Both the position numbers and the translations under genes were made by a program. A stretch of 24,000 nucleotides of DNA from Luoshenia tenuis (GTDB lineage Bacteria; Bacillota; Clostridia; Christensenellales; GCA-900066905): contig NZ_JACRSO010000003.1 of assembly GCF_014384745.1 (NCBI RefSeq), positions 416,040-440,039 of the forward strand. The letters run 5' to 3'. Shown here piece after piece: positions 22,975 through 24,000 of this stretch. A model generated the notes under the pieces. That model was not told where the DNA came from and searched no databases. It saw only the letters and a list, made by a program, of their open reading frames with translations. The stretch's first letter is position 1; each line of letters starts with the position of its first letter.

Positions 22975-24000
22975 GTGAAAAAGGTCCTGGCACTGATCTT
23001 AGCGGCGCTGCTTTTTTGCTGCATGGCTGCCCCGGCTTTAGCACAGGCGCCGGGCGGGCGCGTGGTGCGGGTGGCTTATCCCATCCAGCCGGGGTTATCC
23101 GATAAGGATGAATTTGGCAAATACAGCGGCTATACTTACGAATATTTAGAGGAGCTGGCCCAGTATACCGGCTGGGATTACGAGTTTGTCGAGGTGGAGG
23201 GAAGCGCGGACGAAAGCCTGACGAAGCTGATGGAGATGGTGGAAAACGGCCAGGTCGACCTGATGGGGGGCATGCTTTACTCGGACGCGCTGGCCCAGCA
23301 GTACGATTATTCCAGCTACAGCTACGGCACGGTGGAAACGGTGCTGCAGGCGCCCTATGAGACCGCGCAGACGGCGCTGATCAACTCCCAGGCCAACCAA
23401 CACATGCGCATCGCCGTGGTCAAGACCAGCGGGGCCAGGATAGGGGAGCTGGAGGAGTTTTGCAAGATCAACCTGGTGGAGCCGGAGTACGTGCTGTGCG
23501 CCGACGCGAATGAGCAGGTCGAAGCGGTGCGCCAGGGCCGGGCGGACGCGCTGCTCAACACCAGCCTGAACTATCTGGAAGGGGTGCGCACGGTGGCCCG
23601 GTTTGCGCAAAAGCCCTTTTACTTTATCACCACCAAGGGGCAGAGCACGGGGCTGATGGAGGAGCTAAGCGGCGCGATGCTGGCCATGGAGCAGGCCAAC
23701 CCCCAGTTCAGCGCGGCGCTGTTTGAAAAGTACTTTGCCTCCACGGCCGGGGAGCTGGCCCTGAGCGAGGAGGAGCAGGCCTATGTGGCCCAGGCCGGCA
23801 CGCTGCGGGTGGGCTACCTGCAAAACAAGGCGCCCTTTCAATACCAGGGGGAGGATGGGCAGGCCCGGGGCATCTCCATCGACCTGCTTACCCAGATCGC
23901 CAACAACACGGGGCTGCACTTCAGCTTTATCCCCGCTAAGGATATGGAGGCGCTGAGCAAATTGGTACAGGGCGGCCAGGTAGACCTGGTGGCCGGCATG
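22975..24000 (+). CDS. Secreted/membrane-anchored protein with tandem family-3 solute-binding domains (5' part; probably the sensor region of a larger signalling protein)
   Basis: This ORF is not in the track because it runs off the window. The frame is open from GTG 22975 to 24000 (342 codons, read by hand). The signal peptide is VKKVLALILAALLFCCMAAPALAQA. Two SBP_bac_3-like modules start at RVVRVAYPIQPGLS and LRVGYLQNKAPFQYQGEDGQARGISIDLL. Confidence 0.75.
   Translation, partial: MKKVLALILAALLFCCMAAPALAQAPGGRVVRVAYPIQPGLSDKDEFGKYSGYTYEYLEELAQYTGWDYEFVEVEGSADESLTKLMEMVENGQVDLMGGMLYSDALAQQYDYSSYSYGTVETVLQAPYETAQTALINSQANQHMRIAVVKTSGARIGELEEFCKINLVEPEYVLCADANEQVEAVRQGRADALLNTSLNYLEGVRTVARFAQKPFYFITTKGQSTGLMEELSGAMLAMEQANPQFSAALFEKYFASTAGELALSEEEQAYVAQAGTLRVGYLQNKAPFQYQGEDGQARGISIDLLTQIANNTGLHFSFIPAKDMEALSKLVQGGQVDLVAGM

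Overview
This is a visibly GC-rich chromosomal segment with Firmicutes/Clostridia-style signals: AGGAGG-type ribosome-binding sites, GC-stem/T-tail terminators, and HelD, DUF896, YjdF and PadR-DUF1700-DUF4097 genes. I support 20 protein-coding genes. In order they are: a PadR fragment, DUF1700 and DUF4097 (+); an MFS transporter (-); esterase copy 1 (+); DUF2500 (-); HelD helicase (-); DUF896 (+); a tightly packed five-gene block of PHP histidinol-phosphatase-like, Old-Yellow-Enzyme-like flavin oxidoreductase, GNAT, NUDIX and Cys-type sulfatase (+); YjdF (+); a GH3 beta-glucosidase (-); MATE efflux plus GNAT (+); a Gfo/Idh/MocA oxidoreductase (-); esterase copy 2 (-); and the 5' part of a secreted tandem solute-binding-domain protein (+). 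I found no rRNA, tRNA, CRISPR array, transposase, integrase, phage gene or recognisable defence gene. The unusual content is non-coding. (1) A family of ~130-bp MITE/REP-like units has hairpin-forming terminal inverted repeats (GTCATTCCGAGC..GCGAGGAATCTC / GAGATTCTTCGC..CTGAATGAC), with at least 8 full or partial copies, plus a 61-nt double-hairpin element present twice in opposite orientation. (2) A ~580-bp ORF-poor imperfect palindrome at 14.1-14.7 kb is built from nested hairpin modules. (3) The yjdF cassette has a leader that sequesters its own SD (riboswitch candidate) and is flanked by two direct repeat units. (4) A strong minus-strand intrinsic terminator at 17.83-17.87 kb ends a ~450-nt stretch with no credible long ORF. 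(5) Two mosaic esterase paralogs lie in inverted orientation and bracket ~17.8 kb. All calls come from reading the sequence and ORF track and from recalled family motifs. No database search, folding or statistics were run, so family names and regulatory elements are hypotheses graded by the confidences given.
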